DNA of 62,538 bases, filler included, from Nemertoderma westbladi (taxonomy: Eukaryota; Animalia; Xenacoelomorpha), in assembly GCA_032718475.1 (NCBI GenBank). It is 3 parts of 3 records of this genome, joined end to end, with 100 filler letters (N's around TTAATTAATTAA, not from the genome) between each part and the next. Parts side by side here need not be neighbours in the genome. Positions count along the whole stretch, not along the records: positions 1 to 21,961 come from JAUCBJ010002792.1; positions 22,062 to 47,681 come from JAUCBJ010002911.1; 1 more part is not named here. The stretch is one strand, 5' to 3'. Both the position numbers and the translations under genes were made by a program. This document shows positions 14,398-26,327 of the stretch, in pieces (positions within the stretch are counted from its first letter, which is position 1; every line of letters starts with the position of its first letter). A model generated the notes under the pieces. The model searched no databases. It was not told the DNA's origin and saw only the letters and a program-made list of their open reading frames with translations.

Positions 14398-14850
14398 CTA
14401 AAGCAAAGAGCAGAGGTTTGTGAAGAACTTTATTCTCGAACATTTTCCCCAAAAGTCATACTGTTTCTTTCTTATTAAAACGTTAGAGACTGGAAAATTT
14501 GTTTCAACATGTAAAATAATATCCTTGCAAATATTAAACCTTACACCGACTACACCGCACAACATTTCATAAACTTGGCTTCTAACTATATTAGTATTAC
14601 CACAGATCCAAGTTTCTGCACTGTACAATATACAAGACAATTCCGGCAAGTAGCACCTCTAGCTTAAACTAAAGCGGGCTTAAATAATGCTTAGCTAAGA
14701 ACGCGTGGTATTTAGAGACATGTTTCGCTTTTTCTTTCACATGTGCACGAATAGAACCGTTAAGTCCACCTTTCTGTGTAATAATATAACCTAAATCAGT
14801 GTAGGCCGCACAATTTGATATGATCACATACGTAGATGAATAATCAGGGT
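14398..14850 (-). mobile_element. Degraded LINE reverse-transcriptase C-terminal fragment
   Basis: YTDLGYII (cf. YKYLG) and ILYSAETW motifs in broken frames. Confidence 0.65.
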
Positions 14851-15029
14851 ACTGGGGTCTAACTGCAGAGGATACCAAATCTCTGGATGGTACATTCAAA
14901 AAGCAGCAACGTAATTAAATACGTATTTTACCGTTTTTAATATTCGTGCGCTGTTGTCTATTTTACTATGGCTTGATATTAATTTGTGTAATTAATAAAT
15001 TAATTGTTACCTGAATATATGATAAATAA

Positions 15030-16586
15030 GCAAGAATTAGGAGATGTGTTTATTGTATCAACTATCAAGTACAATAAACACAAGAATTAGGGATGTGTTT
15101 ATTGTATCAAGTACAATAAACACAAGAATTAGGAGATGTGTTTATTGTATCAAGTACAATAAACACAAGAATTAGGAGATGTGTTTACTGTATCAAGTAC
15201 AATAAACACAAGAATTAGGAGATGTGTTTACTGTATCAAGTACAATAAACACAAGAATTAGGAGATGTGTTTACTGTATCAAGTACAATAAACACAAGAA
15301 TTAGGGGATGTGTTTATTGTATCAAGTACAATAAACACAAGAATTAGGAGATGTGTTTACTGTATCAAGTACAATAAACACAAGAATTAGGAGATGTGTT
15401 TACTGTATCAAGTACAATAAACACAAGAATTAGGAGATGTGTTTACTGTATCAAGTACAATAAACACAAGAATTAGGAGATGTGTTTACTGTATCAAGTA
15501 CAATAAACACAAGAATTAGGAGATGTGTTTACTGTATCAAGTACAATAAACACAAGAATTAGGAGATGTGTTTACTGTATCAAGTACAATAAACACAAGA
15601 ATTAGGAGATGTGTTTACTGTATCAAGTACAATAAACACAAGAATTAGGAGATGTGTTTACTGTATCAAGTACAATAAACACAAGAATTAGGAGATGTGT
15701 TTATTGTATCAAGTACAATAAACACAAGAATTAGGGGATGTGTTTATTGTATCAAGTACAATAAACACAAGAATTAGGAGATGTGTTTATTGTATCAAGT
15801 ACAATAAACACAAGAATTAGGAGATGTGTTTACTGTATCAAGTACAATAAACACAAGAATTAGAAGATGTGTTTATTGTATCAAGTACAATAAACACAAG
15901 AATTAGGGGATGTGTTTATTGTATCAAGTACAATAAACACAAGAATTGGGAGATGTGTTTATTGTATCAAGTACAATAAACACAAGAATTAGGGGATGTG
16001 TTTATTGTATCAAGTACAATAAACACAAGAATTGGGAGATGTGTTTATTGTATCAAGTACAATAAACACAAGAATTAGGAGATGTGTTTATTGTATCAAG
16101 TACAATAAACACAAGAATTAGGAGATGTGTTTACTGTATCAAGTACAATAAACACAAGAATTATGAGATGTGTTTATTGTATCAAGTACAATAAACACAA
16201 GAATTAGGATATGTGTTTATTGTATCAAGTACAATAAACACAAGAATTAGGAGATGTGTTTATTGTATCAAGTACAATAAACACAAGAATTGGGAGATGT
16301 GTTTATTGTATCAAGTACAATAAACACAAGAATTAGGAGATGGGTTTATTGTATCAAGTACAATAAACACAAGAATTAGGGTTTATTGTATCAAGTACAA
16401 TAAACACAAGAATTAGGATATGTGTTTATTGTATCAAGTACAATAAACACAAGAATTAGGAGATGTGTTTACTGTATCAAGTACAATAAACACAAGAATT
16501 ATGAGATGTGTTTATTGTATCAAGTACAATAAACACAAGAATTGGGAGATGTGTTTATTGTATCAAGTACAATAAACACAAGAATT
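15030..16586. repeat. 43-bp minisatellite with an internal hairpin, ~36 copies
   Basis: Unit AAGAATTAGGAGATGTGTTTA(T/C)TGTATCAAGTACAATAAACAC. It contains TGTGTTTATTGTA-tcaag-TACAATAAACACA. Confidence 0.95.
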
Positions 16587-16811
16587 ACAGCAAAATAAAA
16601 ATCAGACGTGTTTTCGTGTTTGAAATATTGAAATTTGGATATATTGCTCAATTATTTAACACTAATAAATGGGATATGTTTCATCTTCATTTTTAAATTT
16701 TTTTCATTCCATTTTATTTCACTCGCTGAAATAGTTAAAAGTTAATACCATCTTTATTAAATATTAAGACATATTTCAGGAATGGAATAAAATATTAATT
16801 TCGCTAATTTC

Positions 16812-16981
16812 TTATTGGATCGGGGTATTGCTTAGAGTTATTCCAATTACCCTATTCGGACCAACCAATGTAAAGCCTCCATCAACTGAAACATATGCCT
16901 TCTTTCCATCCAATAGGAACCAATTCGTCATTGGATTAAAGAACTCCTGCACTACTGTGGAGTCCTTGTGGAGTTTCAGTC
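16812..16981 (-). other. Possible orphan coding exon (unidentified)
   Basis: tttatag acceptor followed by 55 open codons, LKLHKDSTVVQEFFNPMTNWFLLDGKKAYVSVDGGFTLVGPNR..., ending in TAA. No recognised homology and no convincing partner exon. Confidence 0.3.
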
Positions 16982-17847
16982 CTATAAATTTTGATATTCA
17001 TGAATCTTATTGTTTATTCTTTAATTTATAAATAATTAACTTGCAGGCTATTGGGCCACGGGTTTTAAATTAAATGTCATTATTGACTATTTACATATTG
17101 TAATATTATATTGTAATACAATACTAGATGGCACCCGGATTTCGAATCGCCTCCCACAGTAATATAATCTTAATTAAATTCTAGAGTTTATGCCTATGCC
17201 TAAGCCATGCTAAGAACGAAATCATGCTACAGTTTATACTAACTAAACTAATTCTTACCTTTTTTCCCACTAAGTACTGTACCGTCAATTTATTCCAAAT
17301 TAGTGAAAATGGCTGTTAATATTAGCAGAGCATTTAGATCGCACTACAATAGACATACATCATCCAACTCTTAATATTGGTGAAATCTATCTCAATGGGG
17401 CATTAGAGTCACAGAATTTTACATTGCTAGGCATCGTGTGTACTGTGGCGTCATAATGCTATATGATATGGTGTCCTGTATAGTGTATATGTATGTATGT
17501 ATGTATGTATGTATAATATTGACTATTAAGCATGGAAAACAAATGCACTACAAATTAATAAATTTAAATAATAATTACAGTGAAACAAAGGAATAAATGG
17601 AATAAGTAAAGTAAAACAGTAGACGTGTAAGAAATAACTAATAGTCCAAGTAAATAATGTTTATATTGGGTTAAATATAATTAATAGTGAATCGTAGGTA
17701 TAAATAAGTTATGCATTTGAGGAAATAACATACGTTAACATTTAAATAGTATACTAAGTGATATTATTAATGAAACTGTCCATTGTGGGGGAGCGATATG
17801 GTGTCCTGTAATAGTGTATACATTTTTGGGGAGCGATATGGTGTCCT

Positions 17848-18400
17848 GTGGGGCGAGCCACGAAGTGAGCGAAGCCTTAGCATATGGGTGCCATTGGCGA
17901 GTTGTCTGTCGTCGTCGTCGCCTATCGTCGTAAATTTTTCATCGCTAATATCTCGGTTATTCCTCGATGAAATTAAACGAAACTTGGTACGTATGTAGTC
18001 CGTCAAAAGTATAGAAAGAATCTGAAGTTTGGTCAAAAACGAACGAACGCACGAGGCACAAGAGGAGGACGAGTATTCTGTTGAAGACTTCTGACTAACG
18101 GCAGACAACTCGTTAATGGTGCCCATATGCTAAAGGCTTTGCTCACTTCGTGCTGCGCGAAGGCCCCTCGAACGTGTAATAGTGTATACATTGTGAGGGA
18201 GCCATGTAAGTCCAGGCGAGCCAGGCGAGTCCGTGTCGTTGTCGTAAATGTTTGAACGCTAGTAAGTCGGTCAATCTCAGATGAAATGGAACCAAACTTG
18301 GTACACAACACATGTAGTCTATAAAACGTTTAGAAATTCTACATACTAATAGACTTCTATAGTTCATCTGTCGACTGCTAGGGGGCGCATGACTAAGTGT
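17848..18400. mobile_element. Cluster of HINE/DINE-1-like repeat copies in both orientations
   Basis: gtggggcgagccacgaagtgagcgaagccttagcatatggg, (gtc)n, aaacttggtacgtatgtagtc. Inverted partial copy at ~18080-18160 and a further copy from ~18200. Confidence 0.65.
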
Positions 18401-20189
18401 ACTATTTGTACCTCAATGGACTTACGTGTATGCGAAGGCCCTAGGAGTGTGTTAGTTAAGTTCTCCGAATATAACTTACAGTATAAGTTATTCAATTACG
18501 GTTTGTGTTCACTGTGTATTAGATGGTTACTGACTGACCTTGTGGTATTAGAAACACGAGTATGGGACCTCCATATAGCAGAACCTGCAACCCATCTCAG
18601 CGTACAATTATAATTATGCTATAGCTAATTATATACTCTGATATTGGCTTCCGACACACATTCACTACTGACACACACAAGGATTTTTGAAAACAGCCAT
18701 AGTATAATTATGACAGTTCGCTGATAGCTCGCAGTTTTGACTCGTCCCACATTCAGTAGGTACTGTGATGCAAGGGCTAATTTAAATGAATTTTGTGAAG
18801 GATGGATAGCCTAGGATTGATCCGTTTAAATTAATTATACAAACATACCTACAAAATCCTCTAAGATCTGAAACTTCGATATCAGGGTACACGAATTCAC
18901 GGGTAGAGAATTTCAATTCAAATTACGTATTAAGATTGTTCGGTCTGAGCAGAGAATTATCTGTTCCAGAATGGACATTGAGTCACTCACAATAACGTAG
19001 TTCAATTATTCACGAATACTTTGTAGTAATTTTCACGGCTACCTTTCTCCTTTGCCTTCATATAGATAACTTTTCCTAGACTTTGCCTCCATTATTATTG
19101 TACATCGACATGTGGCCAAACAAATGTTGAACATTATAATCCATAAAACAGTAATAGCACTGAAACTACGGTGGGAGAGCAGGACCAGTTCTCCTAGATA
19201 ATAGTCCATCGATCTCATGTAACACTCTGACAGGACTCCTACTCTTCTTCTACTCTACTATCTTCTACTTCTACTATAACTACTAATTGTTTCGAGTCAA
19301 TGCAATGGCATAAAATGACCGCAAACACCAAATCTTTGTTTTATGGGTTTGAAAAATGAATTTATTTAATATAAAACATAAGGGGAAAGGAGGAGCATGT
19401 TACTGTGGCGCTGTTGTCTAACCAAAACACCAAAACAATAAACGATACTTTATTTCCCTTGCGGTCAATTTGCGCTGAAGATCATAATTTCAACTTGCGG
19501 TCAATGTGAGCACACTATATATATGTTTCACCACATTCAATGTTTGGAGACAAAGTTAAAATTAACTATTAATGTAATTAATTGTAATTTAATTGTAATT
19601 AATACAAACTATATACAAGTAAGGTAGCATGCCAAAATAGAATTTCCTTTATATTATTTTCATAAATGGTTTATGATGCCAAGTTTAGATCCTAATTTTC
19701 CAAAAAATGTCTCAGAGAATCTAAATCTTTTTGTGGTTTTGGCTGATAGAATTCCAAGTTCGTTCTTCTTCAGGTTACATTGTTTATATCCGATGAAATT
19801 CCTCAGGCATTGTTTCTCATTAAACACCCACACGGTGCTTCATTACTCTCTCAACCTGCTGAGATGTGATCATTAGTGCCCACTGTGTTTCCAACCATGT
19901 CAATCCTACCATATCCTGTTTAATGCTAGCTTATTTGTAATTATTTAATGTAATTTCTTAACAAAGTCCTCAAAGTTCAACTTCATAGATGGAAGTAGCG
20001 GTTGTTCATAGGTCAATAAAAATTATGAAATTTTTAACTAAATTTCTTTATGTAAAACATTACCAATCTAAAGTTTACCAATATACCAAACGAATCTTAA
20101 ACTAATGGACTTCCAATCTAAAAAAACATCCCTTTTATTGGTAATACACAACACACTCTACATACCTAGCTAGTTACATCACAAGACTT

Positions 20190-21830
20190 CGAGATTTATT
20201 GCCAAACGACATATCATCACAATTAGTTAAGAAAAGACAAAGAAACAGCAGAAACGAAAGTGACAACCGCCTTCGTGGGAGGAACCCAGAGAGAGCCTGA
20301 ATGGCCAGACTATTCACCGGATTCCATCCACAGTTGCGAGTAAGACTGGGCTTCTGCGGAACCACATTGCAGGATTCCCACGCCACAGACAAACAGACAG
20401 ACGTTGGAACAGATGCCTGACTGATCCGACATGAGAATGCTGCATGCATGCTCTGCAGACTCGCTATTTCCCGCAAGATGGCGCTGGAAGTGCAGGTCCC
20501 AGCCACCAAGAGCCTCTCCACCACGAGTGGGGTGAACCCAACCCCGGAGCTGTGACACTCCTCGGCGTGGACCACGATCTTATGCTCCCGGGTGACAGTG
20601 AGGGCATGTCCAGGCGCAGAATGGTCGCAAGGGACAGTGTTCGGGACTGGAGAGGAGGAGATAATAGTTGAGTAACATGGGTTGACCCCTCTTCCAGTTG
20701 GGGAGGTACACATCAGCCGGGCGGCTGCGGAAACCTGAGATCAAGCCAGGAACTTCACTCCAGGGCGCTAGAGCAGCTGATTTTGGCTGCTGGAATATAG
20801 CATTCCTGTATAGCTGTCCAAGAAGTGTAGGAAGTATGGTGTACGTCACCATTGAGCCATCTGCGGAGACGGGATTTACCCATGTCAGTGTCATGTTCAG
20901 TGTCCTTCCAGTGACACTTTCTTGCCCGTTTGGGGTTGGCGAGGATGCAAGGGGCGATAAGGAAGGCGTATACCCAAGAGGTGGGGTTGATGAGGTCATT
21001 GGAGATTCTGTTGAAAACCCCACTGACAGCATCATCCCAGAGGTCACGGGTGGCCTTGGGAATTTGACTGAGAGTGGGGATTTTTTGCTATATTTCAATA
21101 GATGGTAGATTGGGCGTGAGTTGGGTTTGAGAAATGGGGTTGCGTTGGGAATGGAAAATTGGAGAAGGTTGTGAGGGTGCGAGGAGGGTGGGTTGAAAAT
21201 TGGAAATGGGAAAGGGTTCAGAATGGGAAATGGTGGTAGTTAGGGTTTGTTGGTTTGTTGAAATTGGAAATATGAGCTGGATTGTGACTTGGAGACATGT
21301 GAAGTTGAAATGGTGGGCGGTAAGAGCACATTAGGCTGTTGAAGAGGGATTGGGGATAAACCCATTCATGCAGACAACCGAGCACATAAGTCAGCCTCAT
21401 TGCCTCGTATTGGAAGCCCCTTGCCTTCAAGAGGGGTTTGAGATCGGCTACCCTGAGGTGGTTCAGGGATTGAAGGGAGGAGATTGGTACGGGAGGGGAA
21501 GGGAGGGAGGGTTCATAGATACAGGCGATTTAGAAGAATTGTGAGATGTGGAAGTGCTGGTGGGTGAACCAGGCTGGAGGTTGCAGAGGGTGGAAGTTTG
21601 AGGATGTAGTGGTTTTGGGTAGTGGGGACTGCCTGAGCAGCCTTCAGGTGGGAGTTATCACTTTCATTGCCGGGTTTACATATATTGCACAAAATATTGT
21701 TAGAATATCTACAATTACAAACAGAAAGACTACTACTAAGATGAGCTACTGGATTTCCTAGTGAACTCTGAGTAAGTTGCGGATTCGCACATGAACTCGG
21801 AGAAACTCGTGGACTCAGAGTGACGGACTG
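20190..21830 (-). mobile_element. Internally deleted RLE-type (CRE-like) non-LTR retrotransposon remnant with N-terminal SAP-like domain
   Basis: Restriction-like endonuclease motifs RSRPADVYLPNWKRGQP and GFTPLVVE. Pre-RT segment IPTLSQIPKATRDLW..APCILANPKR..RLRRWLNG. SAP-like LNHLRVADLKPLLKARG/LPIRGNEADLCARL at ~21375-21468. No RT core between these segments. Confidence 0.7.
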
Positions 21831-21961
21831 GTTAAAATGCTTCCAATCTTGAGGTCCTTGCTTCTCTTCTAACCATATATGGACCAGAAGTACTTGGGCG
21901 CAGTACTGTACTTTAAACTCTCCATGGGAAATGAAAACTACTATTGTAAACTGTAAACTAC

Positions 21962-22061
21962 NNNNNNNNNNNNNNNNNNNNNNNNNNNNNNNNNNNNNNN
22001 NNNNNTTAATTAATTAANNNNNNNNNNNNNNNNNNNNNNNNNNNNNNNNNNNNNNNNNNNN
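21962..22061. other. Assembly gap with artificial all-frame stop linker
   Basis: 100 bp: 44 N + TTAATTAATTAA (22006-22017) + 44 N. Confidence 0.98.
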
Positions 22062-22205
22062 ATCTGTGACACGACAATGACTAATTATACTTAACTAAAC
22101 TATAAAAACTCAATGTAAAAACATAATTAATCAACTAATTAAACGTGCCAAATTCCGAAACGTATTTAAATGAATAAACAAACTCGCAAGTAATTTAAGT
22201 TGATA

Positions 22206-23630
22206 AGTTAAGTAGAAGGGGGGCGAGTTAAGTAGAAGGTGGGCGAGTTAAGTAGAAGGTGGGCGAGTTAAGTAGTAGGTGGGCGAGTTAAGTAGAAGGG
22301 GGGCGAGTTAAGTAGAAGGGGGGGGGGGCGAGTTAAGTAGAAGGGGGGCGAGTTAAGTAGAAGGGGGGGCGAGTTAAGTAGAAGGGGGGCGAGTTAAGTA
22401 GTAGGTGGGCGAGTTAAGTAGAATGGGGGCGAGTTAAGTAGAAGGAGGGCGAGTTAAGTAGAAGGTGGGCGAGGTAAGTAGTAGGTGGGCGAGTTAAGTA
22501 GAAGGGGGCGAGTTAAGTAGAAGGGGGGCGAGTTAAGTAGAAAGGGGGGCGATTAAGTAGAAGGAGGGCGAGTTAAGTAGTAGGTGGGCGAGTTAAGTAG
22601 TAGGTGGGCGAGTTAAGTAGTAGGTGGGCGAGTTAAGTAGAAGGGGGGCGAGTTAAGTAGAAGGGGGGCGAGTTAAGTAGAAGGGGGGGGGGGGGGCGAG
22701 TTAAGTAGAAGGGGGGCGAGTTAAGTAGAAGGGGGGCGAGTTAAGTAGAAGGGGGGCGAGTTAAGTAGAAGGTGGGCGAGTTAAGTAGAAGGGGGCGAGT
22801 TAAGTAGTAGGTGGGCGAGTTAAGTAGAAGGGGGGCGAGTTAAGTAGAAGGGGGGCGAGTTAAGTAGAATGTGGGCGATTTAAGTAGTAGGTGGGCGAGT
22901 TAAGTAGAAGGGGGGCGTGTAAGTAGAGGGGGGCGATTTAAGTAGAAGGGGGGTGAGTTAAGTAGAAGGTGGGCGAGTAAAATAGAAGGGGGGCGAGTTA
23001 AGTAGAAGGTGGGCGAGTTAAGTAGAAGGGGGGCGAGTTAAGTAGAAGGGGGGCGAGTTAAGTAGAATGTGGGCGATTTAAGTAGAAGGTGGGCGAGTTA
23101 AGTAGAAGGGGGGCGTGTTAAGTAGAAGGGGGCGATTTAAGTAGAAGGGGGGTGAGTTAAGTAGAAGGGGGGCGAGTTAAGTAGAAGGGGGGCGAGTTAA
23201 GTAGAAGGGGGGCGAGTTAAGTAGAAGGGGGGCGAGTTAAGTAGAAGGGGGGCGAGTTAAGTAGAAGGGGGGCGAGTTAAGTAGAAGGGGGGCGAGTTAA
23301 GTAGAAGGGGGGCGAGTTAAGTAGAAGGGGGGCGAGTTAAGTAGAAGGGGGGTGAGTTAAGTAGAAGGGGGGCGAGTTAAGTAGAAGGGGGGGCGAGTTA
23401 AGTAGAAGGGGGGCGAGTTAAGTAGAAGGGGGGCGAGTTAAGTAGAAGGGGGGCGAGTTAAGTAGAAGGGGGGCGAGTTAAGTAGAAGGTGGGCGAGTTA
23501 AGTAGAAGGGGGGCGAGTTAAGTAGAAGGGGGGCGATTTAAGTAGAAGGGGGGCGAGTTAAGTAGAAGGGGGGCTAGTTAATTAGAAGGGGGGCGAGTTA
23601 ATTAGAAGGGGGGCGAGTTAAGTATAAGGT
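22206..23630. repeat. 20-bp G-rich minisatellite, ~70 copies
   Basis: Unit GAGTTAAGTAGAAGGGGGGC with variable G-run length. Confidence 0.95.
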
Positions 23631-23825
23631 GATGAAACTAATATAAAATCTGCAACATTTCATAATATTCACCCGTAAAAATGACAATAAACAAAAAAAT
23701 AAGAAACCTGTGTGAATAAAGAAAATATTTAAGGTACAGTACTGCAACTCATAACATACTGTATTAAATGATTGAATACGTCGCCATATATCACTGTGAG
23801 TGTGAGTGTGGGCACTATATGACTG

Positions 23826-25670
23826 CTAGACACCGTCGAAGGTGGGGAATTTCCCTGTTAGTAATATCTCCTCGGCTTTATAAGAGGGGAACACCCCAGT
23901 TCTACCGGTGCGGAGATTATCCGCCTTCGAGTAACCGTTCCAATGGTTCCCGGCTATGTGCAACTTATCCCCAATCTCGATGTCCAACTCCCCGGCGCGC
24001 CGCGCCTTGTGCGCCCAAATCGCACGCAAATCGTGGCTCTGCTGCCCCCCGAAGTAAAAAATATCGTCCAACGAGCGGTAACTCGCATAGCCGTCGACGT
24101 TGCGCGTCTGCATCACCTCGTAAGCGAGCCGGCAGACCTGGGAGGAGAACGTGCAGACGAGGTAATCGCACTGCCCCAAGAAGAATAAGTCCAACACGAT
24201 GCCGTGGAGGGAGGCCTCGGTGAATCGGGAGCCGAGCGAGGCGGTCCGCGCGAAATCGGGGTCGCCTAGGAAGCGATACCGCGGGAACCTGTTCCTCGCG
24301 TCGGCCAAAAGATTGGGGTCGTCCGTGGCCAGATACACCCGGCGTTCCGTCACGTTCTCCCGCAGTTCCAACTGGTAGTACCAGTCGTCTACGTGACGCA
24401 TGTACTCGGATACATCGTGGAAGGAAGCCTCGGTGCCGACCTTGTCGGTTCGTCGTACATGAACTCCGACTATCGGGTTAGCGAACCCGATGTCTGAGCT
24501 CATCTCGCGGATAGCGGAACGAGTCGCGTTGGAGTAACGCATGATGTAGCGAACCAGCTGGCCGAGCCACCAGATGGGCGGGTCCCCGTGGATCGCGGAG
24601 AGAACCTCCGCGAATTCCCCGGGGATCGCGAGCGGGAGGTAGTCCGGTCGGTTGTTTATCGCGTCTACGATCGGGAGTTCCACGACCTGGGCGTGACGCA
24701 TCGAGCGATGGCTGCCCCACGGGCGACGGTTGTAGGACCCCGCGACGCTAACGCAACTCGCGCTCAGCGGCGCGAACACGCTGTCCCAACCGCGCTTAGT
24801 GTAGCGCCAACTAGCGGACTCCAACACCAGCGTGCGCTGCGTCCCCAAGGCGACCATCAGACAGTAGACCAGATGGTGTATCTGGCAGCCCAACCCGCAG
24901 GCTTTGTTCACCGAGCATACTAACTTCCTGGCGTTCACGCAATCCGGCGGGTTCTGTAACGCAAAAAGTCTGCGTTGTATGACGTCACTGAGTCTGTCTG
25001 CGACGCCCTGCCGCCAGGCGGCGTTCAACCCCCCCAGTCTGGTGAACCCGTCTCGTATCACTCTGTTGTGCTCCTTCGCTCGTTCTAAGAAGTCCCCCAA
25101 CGCCTCCTGCGGAAGGCTACCCAGCTTCGCCTGGCGTTGCAACTCAGACACTTCAGAATTTATGAGCCACCAAAAACTAGTCACGTCTTCGTCTAACTTC
25201 CGTCGGAGTTTCTCATACTCTCCGGACCGCAAAAGACTTAAACCGGAAGGCAACTGGATGCTATCGAGGGGGGACGAGTCGGGTTTACCGGTAGCAACTG
25301 GAATCGGAACCGGGGATACTACAACTGCCCCAACTACTGTAGACTCGTTTGTCACCGCCGATAACTGGCGAGTTAATATCTTGAGTTGTTTGTTCTCCTG
25401 GCTGAGTTTATCGAACTGTAACTTGAGTTGGAGGTAGTCGTCGCGGATTCCGCTGGGTTGTCTGTGCGACGGACCGGTGGGGTCGGTGGACTGCGGTACC
25501 ACGGGAGTCTGTTTGAATAGCACGATCAGGAAGACGACCCACAGCACTGTCAGGATTCCTAGAAGATTCCATAGCGAGGATTTTAAACAGCAGTAAATCA
25601 ACGATAATTTCATCGCACGATCTACGATGATGTTACAGTCAGACAGTGTTATAGGAACCGGAAGTTGCAT
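23826..25670 (-). CDS. FUT8: Alpha-1,6-fucosyltransferase (GT23), intronless CDS
   Basis: 614-aa ORF with an N-terminal TM anchor, coiled coil, LQNPPDC..KLVC..NKACGLGCQIHH, VGVHVRRTDKVGTEA, YLATDDP, DYLVCTFSSQVCR and a C-terminal SH3 (GNHWNGYSK..GVFPSYK). The true start may be the second Met (25613). Confidence 0.97.
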   Translation of the reverse strand: MQLPVPITLSDCNIIVDRAMKLSLIYCCLKSSLWNLLGILTVLWVVFLIVLFKQTPVVPQSTDPTGPSHRQPSGIRDDYLQLKLQFDKLSQENKQLKILTRQLSAVTNESTVVGAVVVSPVPIPVATGKPDSSPLDSIQLPSGLSLLRSGEYEKLRRKLDEDVTSFWWLINSEVSELQRQAKLGSLPQEALGDFLERAKEHNRVIRDGFTRLGGLNAAWRQGVADRLSDVIQRRLFALQNPPDCVNARKLVCSVNKACGLGCQIHHLVYCLMVALGTQRTLVLESASWRYTKRGWDSVFAPLSASCVSVAGSYNRRPWGSHRSMRHAQVVELPIVDAINNRPDYLPLAIPGEFAEVLSAIHGDPPIWWLGQLVRYIMRYSNATRSAIREMSSDIGFANPIVGVHVRRTDKVGTEASFHDVSEYMRHVDDWYYQLELRENVTERRVYLATDDPNLLADARNRFPRYRFLGDPDFARTASLGSRFTEASLHGIVLDLFFLGQCDYLVCTFSSQVCRLAYEVMQTRNVDGYASYRSLDDIFYFGGQQSHDLRAIWAHKARRAGELDIEIGDKLHIAGNHWNGYSKADNLRTGRTGVFPSYKAEEILLTGKFPTFDGV

Positions 25671-25736
25671 GCAATAACCTCCATCACAGATGATATAGGC
25701 CTACAGATATTACAGCATTATCAGATATACAGATCT

Positions 25737-26327
25737 GCGCCCATGTGAAGAATAGGCCTACCAGGATTTCACTTTTCGGTCGACTTTTTATTGGAATTTT
25801 ATATATGAAGATTTTTTATCTTTTTTAATTTATCTTTATGAAGTGTTTTATACAGTTATAGCGCTTATTTCTGTCTTATAACAGTATAACCTGTACATAT
25901 AGGCCTACTAATTTGTTTTGGTTAGTGGTTTGTGTTGCTGTAACCTGTGATTTTGGTGAAAACCTGGTATTCTTCACATGGCTGCATGGTGGTAACTGCA
26001 AAGTGATATATAACGGCAGAAAGTCTGGTATTCTTCACATGGGCCCAGATATATGGGGCATCAGATGAAGGGTCCATGTGAAGAATACAAGACTTTCTGC
26101 CATTATATTTCACTTTGCAGTTACACCCCCATGTGAGCTGAATCTAACCAAAACAATAAACGAATTAGAATATGTACAGGTTATAAGACAGAAATAAGCG
26201 CTATAAAACACTTAATAAAGATAAATTAAAAAAATAAAAAATCTTCATAAAATTCCAATAAAATTGTAAAAGGTCGACCGAAAAGTGAAATACCGGTACT
26301 GGTATTCTTCACATGCAGACATGGGCG
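25737..26327. mobile_element. Two inverted copies of a MITE (TIR ~GCCCATGTGAAGAATAC) forming a ~590-bp palindrome
   Basis: 25737-26046 and 26069-26327 are mutually reverse-complementary (e.g. atttcacttttcggtcgac / gtcgaccgaaaagtgaaat). Each copy ends in CATGTGAAGAATA termini. Confidence 0.8.

Noticed and set aside
15030-16586. CRISPR-like array of palindromic repeats
   Set aside because: No unique spacers, units are contiguous, no cas genes, and the context is eukaryotic.
21962-22061. TTAATTAATTAA as a biological site (also 47726-47737)
   Set aside because: It is centred in identical 100-bp N blocks, so it is an artificial contig linker. Adjacency across these gaps is unproven.
23768-25437. 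ORFs overlapping FUT8 in other frames or strand
   Set aside because: Shadow ORFs of a GC-rich CDS with no recognisable motifs.
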